A DNA stretch of 38,030 nt from a virus (Duplodnaviria > Caudoviricetes), in the IMG/VR virus record IMGVR_UViG_3300020045_002115, positions 1 through 38,030 of that record; one strand, 5' to 3'. Under the pieces are notes generated by a model that saw only the letters and a program-made list of their open reading frames with translations, was not told the DNA's origin and searched no databases. The translations under genes and the position numbers were made by a program. This document shows, in pieces, positions 1 to 9,790 of the stretch (position 1 is its first letter; each line of letters opens with the position of its first letter).

Positions 1-121
1 GGTTGGAAGAATGTTTGCAGTCTTTGAATAAAGGATAGTCTGCGATGTTATCAATCAAAAACTTTACCATCTCATCACGATAAAAATCTGCTTTATTTAG
101 CATCACATCCCTCATGTAGGA
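1..121. repeat. Terminal direct repeat (copy 1); assembly overlap indicating a circular or circularly permuted complete genome
   Basis: 1-121 is identical to 37910-38030, and an ORF reads seamlessly across the join. Confidence 0.95.
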
Positions 122-478
122 TACATTGCTTTTCGTTGACTGCCTTGAATAATCGGTAAAGTTCTCCATGACTCCCTGAGAACCTATTGCAAGGTAAATG
201 GTCGGCAAGGATTCATAAAGGACATACTTCGCTAACGCTCTTAGAATATGGTTATCGAGCAGGGTTTGGTTTGCCGTTGAAAGTCCGGGTGTGCCTGAAT
301 CTGAATCGTTACCCCCCTCAAACTGTTCTACTATCTCATCATATAGTTTAACCCCTAAAGCATCTTTGATATAACGCTCCTCTGCGAGTTGAATATCATC
401 CGCGCTGATTAGAACAGGGTCGATGTTCTTTTGAATGGTATTGAGGTCAATGACCTGCTGGGCTGTTATCAGGCTCAT
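1..478 (-). CDS. Head-tail adaptor/connector-like protein (168 aa) spanning the circular junction; continues 37909 to stop at 37881
   Basis: Not in ORF track. ATG at 478 overlaps the portal stop (ATGA). Translation MSLITAQQVIDLNTIQKNIDPVLISADDIQLAEERYIKDALGVKLYDEI...KKTTFIIH*. Position after portal and resemblance to Bacteroidota phage adaptors from memory. Confidence 0.7.
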   Translation of the reverse strand, partial: MSLITAQQVIDLNTIQKNIDPVLISADDIQLAEERYIKDALGVKLYDEIVEQFEGGNDSDSGTPGLSTANQTLLDNHILRALAKYVLYESLPTIYLAIGSQGVMENFTDYSRQSTKSNVSYMRDVMLNKADFYRDEMVKFLIDNIADYPLFKDCKHSSN

Positions 479-1743
479 GGCGTTGGTTGAATGTTTATTG
501 AAGGTTTTGCAGCCGGAAGTGTATCGCCTCCATCAATATCTTTGAATCCCAAAATGCGCCTTTGTTCATTTACGGTTAATAGTTCTGAAGCTGTTAAATC
601 CGTCATAAACGAAATAGGGATAGGAGTAGAAATCTTTAACTGTTCGCCAAAGTTAAGCTCTGATAAAATAGTATCGAAGGCGGAAAGGATTTTATTCTGA
701 ACAGGTTTAATGACCGTGTTGTAGAAAATCTCAAACTCATTTCTTATTTGTTGGTTGCTTCCGATTTGCCCCGCTGTTTTAATTCCGCAAAGCGAAGCTG
801 TGGTACGGTGGGCGGTGATGATATTCTGAACGGCTAAGTTTTGAAGCTGCATAAAGTTTCCTTCATTGCCGTCAACCATTTTAGTAAGAGTAGTCTTTGA
901 GTTTCCATCTTCAAAGATATTCACCCATAGCTTAGAATTATTTTCCCCGTCATCTTCCTGATTGGTGAAGTGCCTTTTGATGTCCTCCACTTTGTCAGCC
1001 GCTTCAGACTCATTCATTCCCGTAGCGTACATATCAAGTATGGCACTTACAGTAAAATCATTCTTGAACTTTCCGATGTTGTACTTTGGAATCCTGTATT
1101 CAATGTCAATCCAAGGCAGGGCTGCGAGATAATCAGGCAACCCATAAAAAAACATATTAGGTGAATACTCTTTTATGTGAACAATAGAAACTTTATCCGT
1201 TCCACCGGAAACAAACTCAGGAATGAATTTACCTTTTGCCTGTGAACCTTTCTCCCATATCTTCGAAACTCTGAATCCTTTGGGTTCGTTCTCTTTTGTC
1301 TTAGCTACTCTTACAGTCGTATAGTCAAGGTGAGATAGAGCTAACGCTCCTTTGTTTCTGACTACCTGAATATACCCGTTACCCGATAAAAAGAAATCCT
1401 GCGCTACCCGTTTAACCACCTCAATTAATGGCTCCTTGTCGGGATTGGCAACCTTTACATATTTAGCAAGTGGAGTTTCGGAATCAAATAGCCATCCGTC
1501 CCCTACAAAGTAGTTGACCTTTGACTTAATGATAGAATGATGTGTAGAACTTCTGCGGAATTTAATCGCAAGTTCCTGCGGAAAAAGGTTAGACCCATTC
1601 TGACCGAAAGGGACAAACTCAGTATTGATACGCTCGGTGTCGCGAGGTTCTAACTGTTGCTCTGAAGGTTTTAAATTGAATATGCCATGTGCAAGGAGTC
1701 CCTTATGAGTTCCGCTTGCGCTTGGTGACTTGCGGCTTCTCAT
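475..1743 (-). CDS. Portal protein
   Basis: 422 aa; PFGxNxxNLFP, SSTHxSII, YGLPDY, IITAH and LTVNEQR motifs typical of Bacteroidota phage portals. Confidence 0.85.
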   Translation of the reverse strand: MRSRKSPSASGTHKGLLAHGIFNLKPSEQQLEPRDTERINTEFVPFGQNGSNLFPQELAIKFRRSSTHHSIIKSKVNYFVGDGWLFDSETPLAKYVKVANPDKEPLIEVVKRVAQDFFLSGNGYIQVVRNKGALALSHLDYTTVRVAKTKENEPKGFRVSKIWEKGSQAKGKFIPEFVSGGTDKVSIVHIKEYSPNMFFYGLPDYLAALPWIDIEYRIPKYNIGKFKNDFTVSAILDMYATGMNESEAADKVEDIKRHFTNQEDDGENNSKLWVNIFEDGNSKTTLTKMVDGNEGNFMQLQNLAVQNIITAHRTTASLCGIKTAGQIGSNQQIRNEFEIFYNTVIKPVQNKILSAFDTILSELNFGEQLKISTPIPISFMTDLTASELLTVNEQRRILGFKDIDGGDTLPAAKPSINIQPTP

Positions 1744-1894
1744 TTGCTATGGCTTTAGGAGTTTCTTTAAATTCGATTGCAGGATGTTTTTTTTTGAACA
1801 AGTCCTGAAGTTCGCTTTGAGTTGCCGAGCTGAGGAAAGTTTTCTTCTTTCCCCAGACTACGGCATTTTTATATTTTCGATTGACGAAATACAT
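1703..1894 (-). CDS. Small basic hypothetical virion-module protein
   Basis: 63 aa, coupled to the preceding gene, lies between putative tail tube and portal. Confidence 0.55.
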   Translation of the reverse strand: MYFVNRKYKNAVVWGKKKTFLSSATQSELQDLFKKKHPAIEFKETPKAIANEKPQVTKRKRNS

Positions 1895-2508
1895 TAAGCT
1901 GATTCACTCTCGTCAAGTGTGCCGGCAAAGATTTTTCTGCGGCAAGGTATTTCTGCTGATATAGTAACCGTGTTTCCGTTTACATCAGTCAATGCTTTAC
2001 CGGAAGAATATTCATCAGCGGAAAGGCGAAGACCAAACTTAGTGAAGTCAGTATCCTCTCCATCCCATAAACCAGCGACATACATATTGCCTGGATTGCC
2101 GTTCGTTCCTACGTAATCTTCCCATACAGCAATCAATCCGTCTGAATCGGTTAGCTCCTGAAGGAATCTCAATACCTCTGCTGTGGGGTCAATAAACGAA
2201 CCGAGCGAACCTGTCAATTCCTGTGCCTGTGCATGAATGAAGAACTCTAAACTTTGAGTTACAGAACTGATACCGTTTGTAATCTTTACGGATTCTTTGT
2301 ACTCTGCGCTGAACAGTTTAGGGTTGACTTTATGGAAGAAATTCCCAACAACCGAAAGGGTGATGCTTTCAACAACCTCCACCCCGAACAGATCGTAAAC
2401 AACTGCCGCCACCTGCGAAGCATTTGCAAGCCATAGATTTCTAATCCCTGACTTCTTTACTTTGTCAGCGCAAACCGGAGCCGGAGAATTTGTTATTACG
2501 CAACCCAT
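1894..2508 (-). CDS. Putative major tail (tube) protein
   Basis: 204 aa, beta-rich, MGC...C...GIR N-terminus, directly after capsid gene; function inferred from synteny. Confidence 0.6.
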   Translation of the reverse strand: MGCVITNSPAPVCADKVKKSGIRNLWLANASQVAAVVYDLFGVEVVESITLSVVGNFFHKVNPKLFSAEYKESVKITNGISSVTQSLEFFIHAQAQELTGSLGSFIDPTAEVLRFLQELTDSDGLIAVWEDYVGTNGNPGNMYVAGLWDGEDTDFTKFGLRLSADEYSSGKALTDVNGNTVTISAEIPCRRKIFAGTLDESESA

Positions 2509-2530
2509 CGTTTAAATTTTTAAAGGTTAA

Positions 2531-3544
2531 TTAGGAAGGATTCACTCCGTAAGCAACTACTACAAGGTCACTATGTACATAGTTCACTCCGAGTTTGAAG
2601 ATGCCGTCAATCATCATCTTGCGGTCTTTCTTTTCATACCAAATATTGAAGTCCTGACCGGGACGAGTGGTGTCGGTTCCGATGATGATGTTGTCTCTCA
2701 CGGTCAATGCTGCGCAATGGTCGCTTAACTCTGCGCTCATTGGATTGTCTGCATCTGCAAGGTTTTCAGTCCATGCCGTTTCTTCGATGACCTCAATTCC
2801 GTCATACATATAAGTCGGGATGCCGTTCATTAACAGCAATTGAGCTTCGCCAAATGCGCCGCTTTGTAATGAGGCGCGGAAGTTATCAATCAGGGAAGGA
2901 GTAACACGGAGTTTTTTATCTTTCTTTGGAAGCGAACGGAGAACGGCTGGTTGAGCAGTTATCATATCGTTGAAGATTGCGATGGCTGCATCTGCGTCAA
3001 GTACCCCTGCGGTGACATATTGATTCGTGTCAATCGTTGCAATGGTTGCAGCGTTGTCAACAAAGCGTCTCCATAAACCGTCAATCATATCATAGTCCCC
3101 CGAACCAGAAGCGGTGTCAGCAAACCATACAACCCTGCTGATGTCGTTAATAAGCCCAATTGCAAGCTGCGCCATGATAGCGTTCAATACATCGGTGTTC
3201 GACATATCGTAACTGTTGGAACCTTTCTTCAAAGACTCTTCGAGGAATGTATTTGCCAAATCCTGACGGCAAAATTCAGGAGTCAGGTCGATTTCAACGA
3301 CCTCGATAACCCTGTCCGTAAATTCGATTTCTCCCTTTACGGTGCGGGTGCAACCTTCGGAAAGTTTGATGAGTTTCGCCATCTTTCCGGCAATCGTGAG
3401 ATTGCGTTTCGATGTGATTCCATCCATCACACGGAACTCACCCATGATGTCGGGTGCTGCGAATACGGGCTTCAGGAGGATTTCATTAAATTCCTGTCCT
3501 GCGTAGGTGTGTGTAAAGTTGATGCTGATGTCGCCTGCTGCCAT
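2531..3544 (-). CDS. Major capsid protein (HK97-like)
   Basis: 337 aa following the protease/scaffold gene; acidic; C-terminal NIIIGTD...FKLGVNY pattern. Confidence 0.8.
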   Translation of the reverse strand: MAAGDISINFTHTYAGQEFNEILLKPVFAAPDIMGEFRVMDGITSKRNLTIAGKMAKLIKLSEGCTRTVKGEIEFTDRVIEVVEIDLTPEFCRQDLANTFLEESLKKGSNSYDMSNTDVLNAIMAQLAIGLINDISRVVWFADTASGSGDYDMIDGLWRRFVDNAATIATIDTNQYVTAGVLDADAAIAIFNDMITAQPAVLRSLPKKDKKLRVTPSLIDNFRASLQSGAFGEAQLLLMNGIPTYMYDGIEVIEETAWTENLADADNPMSAELSDHCAALTVRDNIIIGTDTTRPGQDFNIWYEKKDRKMMIDGIFKLGVNYVHSDLVVVAYGVNPS

Positions 3545-3578
3545 GATTGTTTATATTAGGTAGTTAGTTTTTTATTGA

Positions 3579-4682
3579 TTAACGCTTTTTGCTTTTGATT
3601 GCATCCTTTACTGCGTTCGTTGTGGATGCATTTATTTCTGTGCGAGTCGCCTTCATGCGCTCATTCTTTTCTTCTTCGGGGTCAGGTGTCTTGTAACCAG
3701 GTGCGCTCATCTTGCCGATTTCAAGTTCCTGCTCTTTTATTTTTGCCGCCTGAGTTTTGTTTACTGCAATGACATTTTTGAAGATGTCAAGCAAAGAGGC
3801 ATCTGCTGCGGCCTCACCTTCTTTTGGTGCTGGCTTTGGAGCGTCTGCCGCTGCGCCTTCGAGGTCGGAAAGGATTTTTACGGCTTCGTCAATCTTTGCC
3901 TTTTCTTCGGGAGTCAGGTTGAAGATTTTCGGAGCTTCGTTCTTGTTTTCTTTTTTGAACTGCTCGGTAAAGTCATTCCACTTTTTTTCAAGGGATGCTG
4001 CAAGGGCTTTGAATGTTGCCATGATGTCTGATTCGTTATTTTCGATTAAAAGATTTTTGATTGAAAGGTCGTTGTATTGTTCGAGCGTTTTTGTAAACCC
4101 GTTTTTATTCAGGTATTCATTTGTAATAGCAGTTTCATTCTTTGCGCCCGTCTTTGATTTCCGAGCAAGCCCCAATGAAATACTTTCCTGTGCCGATAAC
4201 AAAGAACCCTCTGCCATAACCTTGCGGATTGTCGCTTTGGTCTTTCCTGTTCGTACAGAGTAAATCTGAGCGATAGCATCATTGATTTTTTCAAGGTCGG
4301 AGGCGGCCTGTAGCATATCGCTTGCCCGTCCCTCTAAACCCGTTGTGGCCTCATGGATTAACATTGCGCTGCCCTCACTGATTTCAGGAAGGTCGTTGCC
4401 TGCTAAAGCAATCACAGAAGATATTGAAGCTGCTATGCCATTAATTTTTACATTAACGTCATAGTTGTCTTTTAGTCCGTGATAAATAGAAATGCCCTTG
4501 AATACATCTCCGCCCGGAGAATTAATGACAAGGTTAATTTTTTTTGAGTTGAGGTTCTTTACCTCATTCAGGAAAATAGAATCGGAAATGCCAAATCCCC
4601 CTATCTGTTCGAAGAGGGATATTTCAGGGACTGCGCCCGAAGTGTCAATGTTATACCATTTGCTCACGGTGCAAAAATGCAC
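3579..4682 (-). CDS. ClpP-like prohead protease with C-terminal scaffold region
   Basis: INSPGGDV, GIAASISSVI (catalytic Ser), MLIH motifs; charged coiled-coil C-terminus; true start may be GTG (VSKWY). Confidence 0.9.
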   Translation of the reverse strand: MHFCTVSKWYNIDTSGAVPEISLFEQIGGFGISDSIFLNEVKNLNSKKINLVINSPGGDVFKGISIYHGLKDNYDVNVKINGIAASISSVIALAGNDLPEISEGSAMLIHEATTGLEGRASDMLQAASDLEKINDAIAQIYSVRTGKTKATIRKVMAEGSLLSAQESISLGLARKSKTGAKNETAITNEYLNKNGFTKTLEQYNDLSIKNLLIENNESDIMATFKALAASLEKKWNDFTEQFKKENKNEAPKIFNLTPEEKAKIDEAVKILSDLEGAAADAPKPAPKEGEAAADASLLDIFKNVIAVNKTQAAKIKEQELEIGKMSAPGYKTPDPEEEKNERMKATRTEINASTTNAVKDAIKSKKR

Positions 4683-4715
4683 ATAGAGAATTGTCGTAAA
4701 GTTTTTTTTTGGAAA

Positions 4716-4967
4716 CTATTTGTAAACGATGTTCTTTATCGCGCTCTCCGAGAGGTTATATTCATGTGCAAGTTCATAGATTGCGGCAAAGGCATATTTC
4801 CCTTTTTGCTTCAGGTACATGAAGTATTTTTTTTTAATGATAACATTACGAACTGCAATTTCATCCACCACCCCTTCGTCAATCAATTTTCTCAGTAGCT
4901 CATTAATCTGAGGATACTTTGAAAAGTCAGAGGTGTCAATAAAGTCTTGTATCAGGGCTTCGCTCAT
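4716..4967 (-). CDS. Hypothetical protein with C-terminal HTH-like motif
   Basis: LAHEYNLSESAIKNIVY; start MSEALIQ at 4967 overlaps upstream stop (ORF track start 5021). Confidence 0.55.
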   Translation of the reverse strand: MSEALIQDFIDTSDFSKYPQINELLRKLIDEGVVDEIAVRNVIIKKKYFMYLKQKGKYAFAAIYELAHEYNLSESAIKNIVYK

Positions 4968-5245
4968 GTATCCAAAAGATATTGAAATTGCATTTTGACA
5001 AATCCCTGAGCCGTGCTGCAATTTAACGGCTGTTTTTTATTTTCGTAATTGAGATAATCATTGTAGAAAGTTACGGCCTCATTAACCTCGCCCCATGTCG
5101 CTTTCATCTTACAGATGTTCGGGAGTAGCTTATGCCTTATTAAATCCTTTTGCTTGTCAGTTAGCGCAAGGTACTTTTGAACCAGTCGCGCATTATGCCT
5201 AACAGTCTTTTTCTTAATCCGTTTTACATCTTCTGCCGTTATCAT
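4964..5245 (-). CDS. Hypothetical protein
   Basis: 93 aa, ATGA-coupled to tape measure gene. Confidence 0.6.
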   Translation of the reverse strand: MITAEDVKRIKKKTVRHNARLVQKYLALTDKQKDLIRHKLLPNICKMKATWGEVNEAVTFYNDYLNYENKKQPLNCSTAQGFVKMQFQYLLDT

Positions 5246-7377
5246 GCCGTTGCCATTGCTTCGATATTCTTAACCCTGTTTTGTGAGTTGGTGGATTCCG
5301 CCTCTACATTCAATACTTTAATCCGGTCTATCCTATTATTCATGGCCTTTACAGATTCATTCATGACATCAAAAAGTCCGTTGTTATTTCCTGATAAATC
5401 AGAAGGTGAAAAAGACGGCGTTAACCCTGAGTTTGCGAATCCCGGAACTCCCATTGAACGGAAAGTCCCCGCCCCGCCTAACATTCTTTGGTGACGTTCA
5501 TTTAAAATTACTTCGCCACTTCTAACGGTTGCGAGTAAGTTATCCCCGTTGCTTCGTTTGATTCTCAGCCCGTCATTAGCTCCGATGAGTTGACCTGTTA
5601 ACCCTGAATCTGCAAATCCTTTAACATCGGTTGCTACTATTCCCTGAATTTGTTTCAATCCAAACGCAGCCGTTGCACCGCCTGCCAATAAATTTAACGG
5701 GAATGGGTAGGTTGTTATTGCTTTCGATACGGCTAAATAAGTATTGATGCCAGCCTGTGCTAATGCAAACGCCTTCCCGGCTGCGGTATCTTTCCCCGCT
5801 ACTGCCGAAAGCTGACCTAATGCGCCCTGCACTATGCCTAATTTAACCTCTTCGGACTGACGCTTTAAATCTTCCTGAATAGCGTTATGCTTGCGAACGA
5901 TGTCATCAATAGCCTGCCCGTTATTATCTGCGGCTTCTATTTCCTGCGTCCTCTGTGCGTCATCAAATTTTAACCTGGCTTGTAATTGCTCATCAAGATT
6001 TCCCGTGATATTAATGGTATCTAAAAGATTCTGCCGGTGCGTTAGTTCACGTTGTATCTCTTCCTGGCGTACTACATCTTTATCTCGTTCCGCCTTCGCT
6101 GCGGCATCACGGAGTTGCTTTTGATAGTCTCTCTCCTGTTCAATCAGAGAGTCAATAAATTCCTTGTTGACCTGCTTGAGTTTCTCATTTAACGCTCCGA
6201 TTTCGGCAAGCCGTGTAATCCCCTCCTCTCTTATTATTTTTGCCTTTTCTTTTTCTGCATCAGCCGTTGTTTTTATAGAATCGTTCGCCTGTTTATCAAG
6301 TAAAATATTTATTCGGGTTTGGCGCTGGGCGTTCACTTCTTTCTGAGAAGCCACCGCATCATCAAGGTCGGACTGAAGTTCGATGAGTTTCTTTTCCTCT
6401 TCAGCGTTTAACTGTTTCCCTTTGAGTCTTAAATTTTCCTGGTCGAGTGCCGCCTTCGCTTTTTCTTCGAGTTTCTTTGAATTAGAAATCTCCAGGTCTG
6501 CAATCTCATTGGCAATCCTAATCCTCTCTTCTTCGGATTTCGTTTTGTCTTTTAATGATTTCGTGAGGGCATCAATGTTTCGCTGATTTGCTCTTATAGC
6601 TGAGTCAAGTTTGGCAGAGGAAACAGTCATTTCGTCCAGCGCTTTCGCTGCATTGAATCCTTCTTTTGCCGCATCTGCCGCACCGGAAAAGAAATTTCTT
6701 ATCGAGTCTATCGGGTGCTTAATCGCTTCGGTGAATTTATCGAAGTTTGTTATCAGCCCCACTACCGAATCAATGACAAACTGAAACGCCTTATTTAAAG
6801 CTCCCATGATTCGGGTAACAAAATCGGCCACCTTCGCATTCTCGCTTAACTTCGCTATGAACTGAATTAACAACCCGACAATTAAAAGAATAGGGTTTGC
6901 CTTTAGTGCGGTATTAAATCCCTGCGCACCGGAGATAGCGCCTCCCATCGGGCCGCCCAAGCCCTTGAGCGCATCAGCATAGTTGCCTACGTTGCGCCTG
7001 TTGTCGCCTGTGGCCGCTTCCAGCTTCTTCAGCTTGTCCGTAAGCGCTGCGGAGTTTGCCTCTAAATCTTTGAAGACCTTAGAACCTATCTCGGCATTCT
7101 TCCATTCTTTGTTGAGGGCGGAAAGTTTGTCACGTAACCCTTGAACGGTATTCGGGAACTCCTTTGTCCCCGCCTGCGCTTTGGTAAATTCATTGACCTG
7201 TTTATTGACGGCTTTTAATTCGCTCTCTGCGTTCTTTACAGCCCTTGCCCATGCGTCAACCTGTGCCGGGTCGGTAGCGGTTTTTAGTTGGGACTTGAAA
7301 CTTTTGACGGTGTCTTCTAAATCCTTTATGGATTCCGCACCAAAAAGATTTATCCTGAATAATATTTCTTCTGCCAT
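5242..7377 (-). CDS. Tape measure protein
   Basis: 711 aa, Ala/Lys/Glu-rich coiled coil; RNVGNY, ANPILLIV hydrophobic stretch, GEVILN C-terminal motif. Confidence 0.85.
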   Translation of the reverse strand: MAEEILFRINLFGAESIKDLEDTVKSFKSQLKTATDPAQVDAWARAVKNAESELKAVNKQVNEFTKAQAGTKEFPNTVQGLRDKLSALNKEWKNAEIGSKVFKDLEANSAALTDKLKKLEAATGDNRRNVGNYADALKGLGGPMGGAISGAQGFNTALKANPILLIVGLLIQFIAKLSENAKVADFVTRIMGALNKAFQFVIDSVVGLITNFDKFTEAIKHPIDSIRNFFSGAADAAKEGFNAAKALDEMTVSSAKLDSAIRANQRNIDALTKSLKDKTKSEEERIRIANEIADLEISNSKKLEEKAKAALDQENLRLKGKQLNAEEEKKLIELQSDLDDAVASQKEVNAQRQTRINILLDKQANDSIKTTADAEKEKAKIIREEGITRLAEIGALNEKLKQVNKEFIDSLIEQERDYQKQLRDAAAKAERDKDVVRQEEIQRELTHRQNLLDTINITGNLDEQLQARLKFDDAQRTQEIEAADNNGQAIDDIVRKHNAIQEDLKRQSEEVKLGIVQGALGQLSAVAGKDTAAGKAFALAQAGINTYLAVSKAITTYPFPLNLLAGGATAAFGLKQIQGIVATDVKGFADSGLTGQLIGANDGLRIKRSNGDNLLATVRSGEVILNERHQRMLGGAGTFRSMGVPGFANSGLTPSFSPSDLSGNNNGLFDVMNESVKAMNNRIDRIKVLNVEAESTNSQNRVKNIEAMATA

Positions 7378-7378
7378 G

Positions 7379-9790
7379 TTATCCTATTTTTACGAGTTCC
7401 ACTTTTGTACTCTCATCCTTCAGAGGTTTGTAATCCGAAATTTTATTAATGATGTAGTAAGTCCCATCCAAATAAATCGGTTTCTGTAAATCTAAATTAC
7501 GGATATGATTGTTATTTAGTTTCAGGTAGCACGTTACAAATACCCCGTCTTTTATCAGCTCGAAATAGTTTTTCCAGTATTTGGTAAAGAGTCCTTCTGA
7601 ACTATTCTCATCTTCGAAACTCAAACTCTCATCACCCGGCACATCCCAATTAATATCAAATGCTTTCGGGTATTCGTTTAGTACATTGCCAACGGAAATC
7701 CATCTCCATTGCGGGGCGTTGCCGTCTGCGTTGTTCTCATTCGTGTTGCCTTTGTAGTATAGGATTCTTGGTGCAAATTCTACTAACGGGTCGGGTGGTG
7801 TGGAATCGTCTGCGTAATCTTTCCAAAGTCTTGGCATCAATAACCCTCCCGTTGTCGGTGAAATGTCTTCATCATAAATATACCATGAAGGCGAAAGTTT
7901 CTTTGTGCTGATTTCCTCGCGTCCTTTTTTGAATCGCGCCGTGAGTGTTTCAAGATGAGAGAGGATTGGAAGGGGTAATGCTTTCTCAATCTCTTTTACA
8001 TAGCCGTCTTTTGAATCTTCTTTGTAACGAAGCAACTGTTCAATAGCCATATCCTTTAAGAACTCAATCTTAAATTCTTTAGTCTCATCAATAGGTGCGC
8101 CATCGGGATTTCGTGAACCATCTTCTAAATACTCTGACCAATTGACAGCGTTGGAAGTTGACTTGTAAAAGTCATCTCTCGGCTCGATGGTTACTTTCTT
8201 ATTCAGTATGTCCGTCTTGACAAAAAGATTGAAAAGAATAACTACATCTTTAAATAAGTCTATAATAGTTAGGTCTTGAAACTCGAAGGGGAGAAGGATT
8301 TCGGAGATGAAGGCGTTTTGAAAAATATTGCCAAACGAAATTATCTTGCTCATCTCGATACCGCACGAAAACAATCCGCCCCCTGCGCTGACATCTCTTA
8401 TGATTACGTTATACACATCCCCAATGACAACAGTCCCCAGCGGAATTACAGAGGATACATTATCATCAAATTCAGTAGTGGGATTCATGGCTCCCAGCTT
8501 GTCCTTTAAGAAAGCGTCAACCGTCCCTTCGTCTGCTGCGTTCTTTTGAATGACAAACTCAACGGAAGAAGCTGTATTGCCTCTGCATCCCAGCGTATCT
8601 ATCTCGGCCTGTATTAATTCTGCATGAGCATACGAGACTGTATAACTCGGATTGGCATAGACATTTGATGGGTCTGAAATTTCAGACGGGAACTCAATAG
8701 TGTGGTCTGTGGTACGTATTACCGCTGCCGTTCTCGTTACTGTGCCTCCTAAATTCGTATGCCCGTGGTCTGGTATCGCTCCAGGGTCAATGAGAAACGT
8801 ATGAGACAAATAGCTGCCAGGTGTATCTTCTTTGATTTTCTGAATTACAAACGTGCCATTGTAATCAGGCTCCGCGTTTCCGGTAATTGTTATCTGCTCA
8901 CCAGCAATAAATCCGTGACCATTGGTATCGGAATTGTCTGCTATTAACACAGACAAGCACGGGTATAGTGTCACGCCCTCCAATTCGGTTGTCCTATCTA
9001 TATTCACAATCGTATAACTATCATCAGGATGATTTGTAAAAATAAATTTAGAGGACGCATTCCCAATCGCCTCAAAACTAATATCGGGAACATCCGTCTT
9101 TGTCTTATTCGCCAGTAGTATCAGTTTCTTAAAAAAGGCAGACTCGAAAAATAAACTTTCAATCGTATAGCCAAAGTAGGCAAAGGCTTTCTGAAATACA
9201 TTCCTGATATAGAGAGCGGGGTACATATCAGAAGCCGTGACGTAGTTATGTAACCATGCTCCATAGTTGACCAACGGAAAAATATAGTCAATATCATCTG
9301 CGGTCAAGTCCCATGAATCTTCCATCGCTGCCGCTTCGAAAGGGATTGAATCAATAGGTAAATCGGATAACTTCAGATTTCCTAATTCGTCAATCCATGA
9401 AAAGTTATCGGAGAAAAAGATGAGGTCGAACTTATTTACTTCGCCTCTTAAATGAGTAACCGAATCCACCTGAATGAATCCATCTAATAAAGTTCCTGTT
9501 GAATCCTGTAACCTTGCTTCGAGTTTATTCTTTAGAGCCTCTACTTCAGTGTCCAAGATATTGACATTCCAAATGTGATTAAGCGCGGTGCAGTTCTTCT
9601 TTGTCGCTGGTATCTCGAAGGTTTTGGAGAACGAACTTTTCCTGTCATCAATCCTTTTGTCATTGGCGATGTTGGCTTTTATCTCCGCAACCTGGAACGT
9701 CAACGCTAACGGAAAGTCATCCGTATCGCCAAGGTCAAGAGAAACCTCCTCCGCGTCAATCAATACTATAATCTCTAAATCGTCAGTCAC
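7379..9790 (-). CDS. Tail tip/baseplate hub-like structural protein
   Basis: 803 aa acidic; SFSKTFEIPAT N-terminus and YIINKISDY...TKVELVK C-terminus typical of Bacteroidota siphovirus tail proteins. Confidence 0.7.
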   Translation of the reverse strand: MTDDLEIIVLIDAEEVSLDLGDTDDFPLALTFQVAEIKANIANDKRIDDRKSSFSKTFEIPATKKNCTALNHIWNVNILDTEVEALKNKLEARLQDSTGTLLDGFIQVDSVTHLRGEVNKFDLIFFSDNFSWIDELGNLKLSDLPIDSIPFEAAAMEDSWDLTADDIDYIFPLVNYGAWLHNYVTASDMYPALYIRNVFQKAFAYFGYTIESLFFESAFFKKLILLANKTKTDVPDISFEAIGNASSKFIFTNHPDDSYTIVNIDRTTELEGVTLYPCLSVLIADNSDTNGHGFIAGEQITITGNAEPDYNGTFVIQKIKEDTPGSYLSHTFLIDPGAIPDHGHTNLGGTVTRTAAVIRTTDHTIEFPSEISDPSNVYANPSYTVSYAHAELIQAEIDTLGCRGNTASSVEFVIQKNAADEGTVDAFLKDKLGAMNPTTEFDDNVSSVIPLGTVVIGDVYNVIIRDVSAGGGLFSCGIEMSKIISFGNIFQNAFISEILLPFEFQDLTIIDLFKDVVILFNLFVKTDILNKKVTIEPRDDFYKSTSNAVNWSEYLEDGSRNPDGAPIDETKEFKIEFLKDMAIEQLLRYKEDSKDGYVKEIEKALPLPILSHLETLTARFKKGREEISTKKLSPSWYIYDEDISPTTGGLLMPRLWKDYADDSTPPDPLVEFAPRILYYKGNTNENNADGNAPQWRWISVGNVLNEYPKAFDINWDVPGDESLSFEDENSSEGLFTKYWKNYFELIKDGVFVTCYLKLNNNHIRNLDLQKPIYLDGTYYIINKISDYKPLKDESTKVELVKIG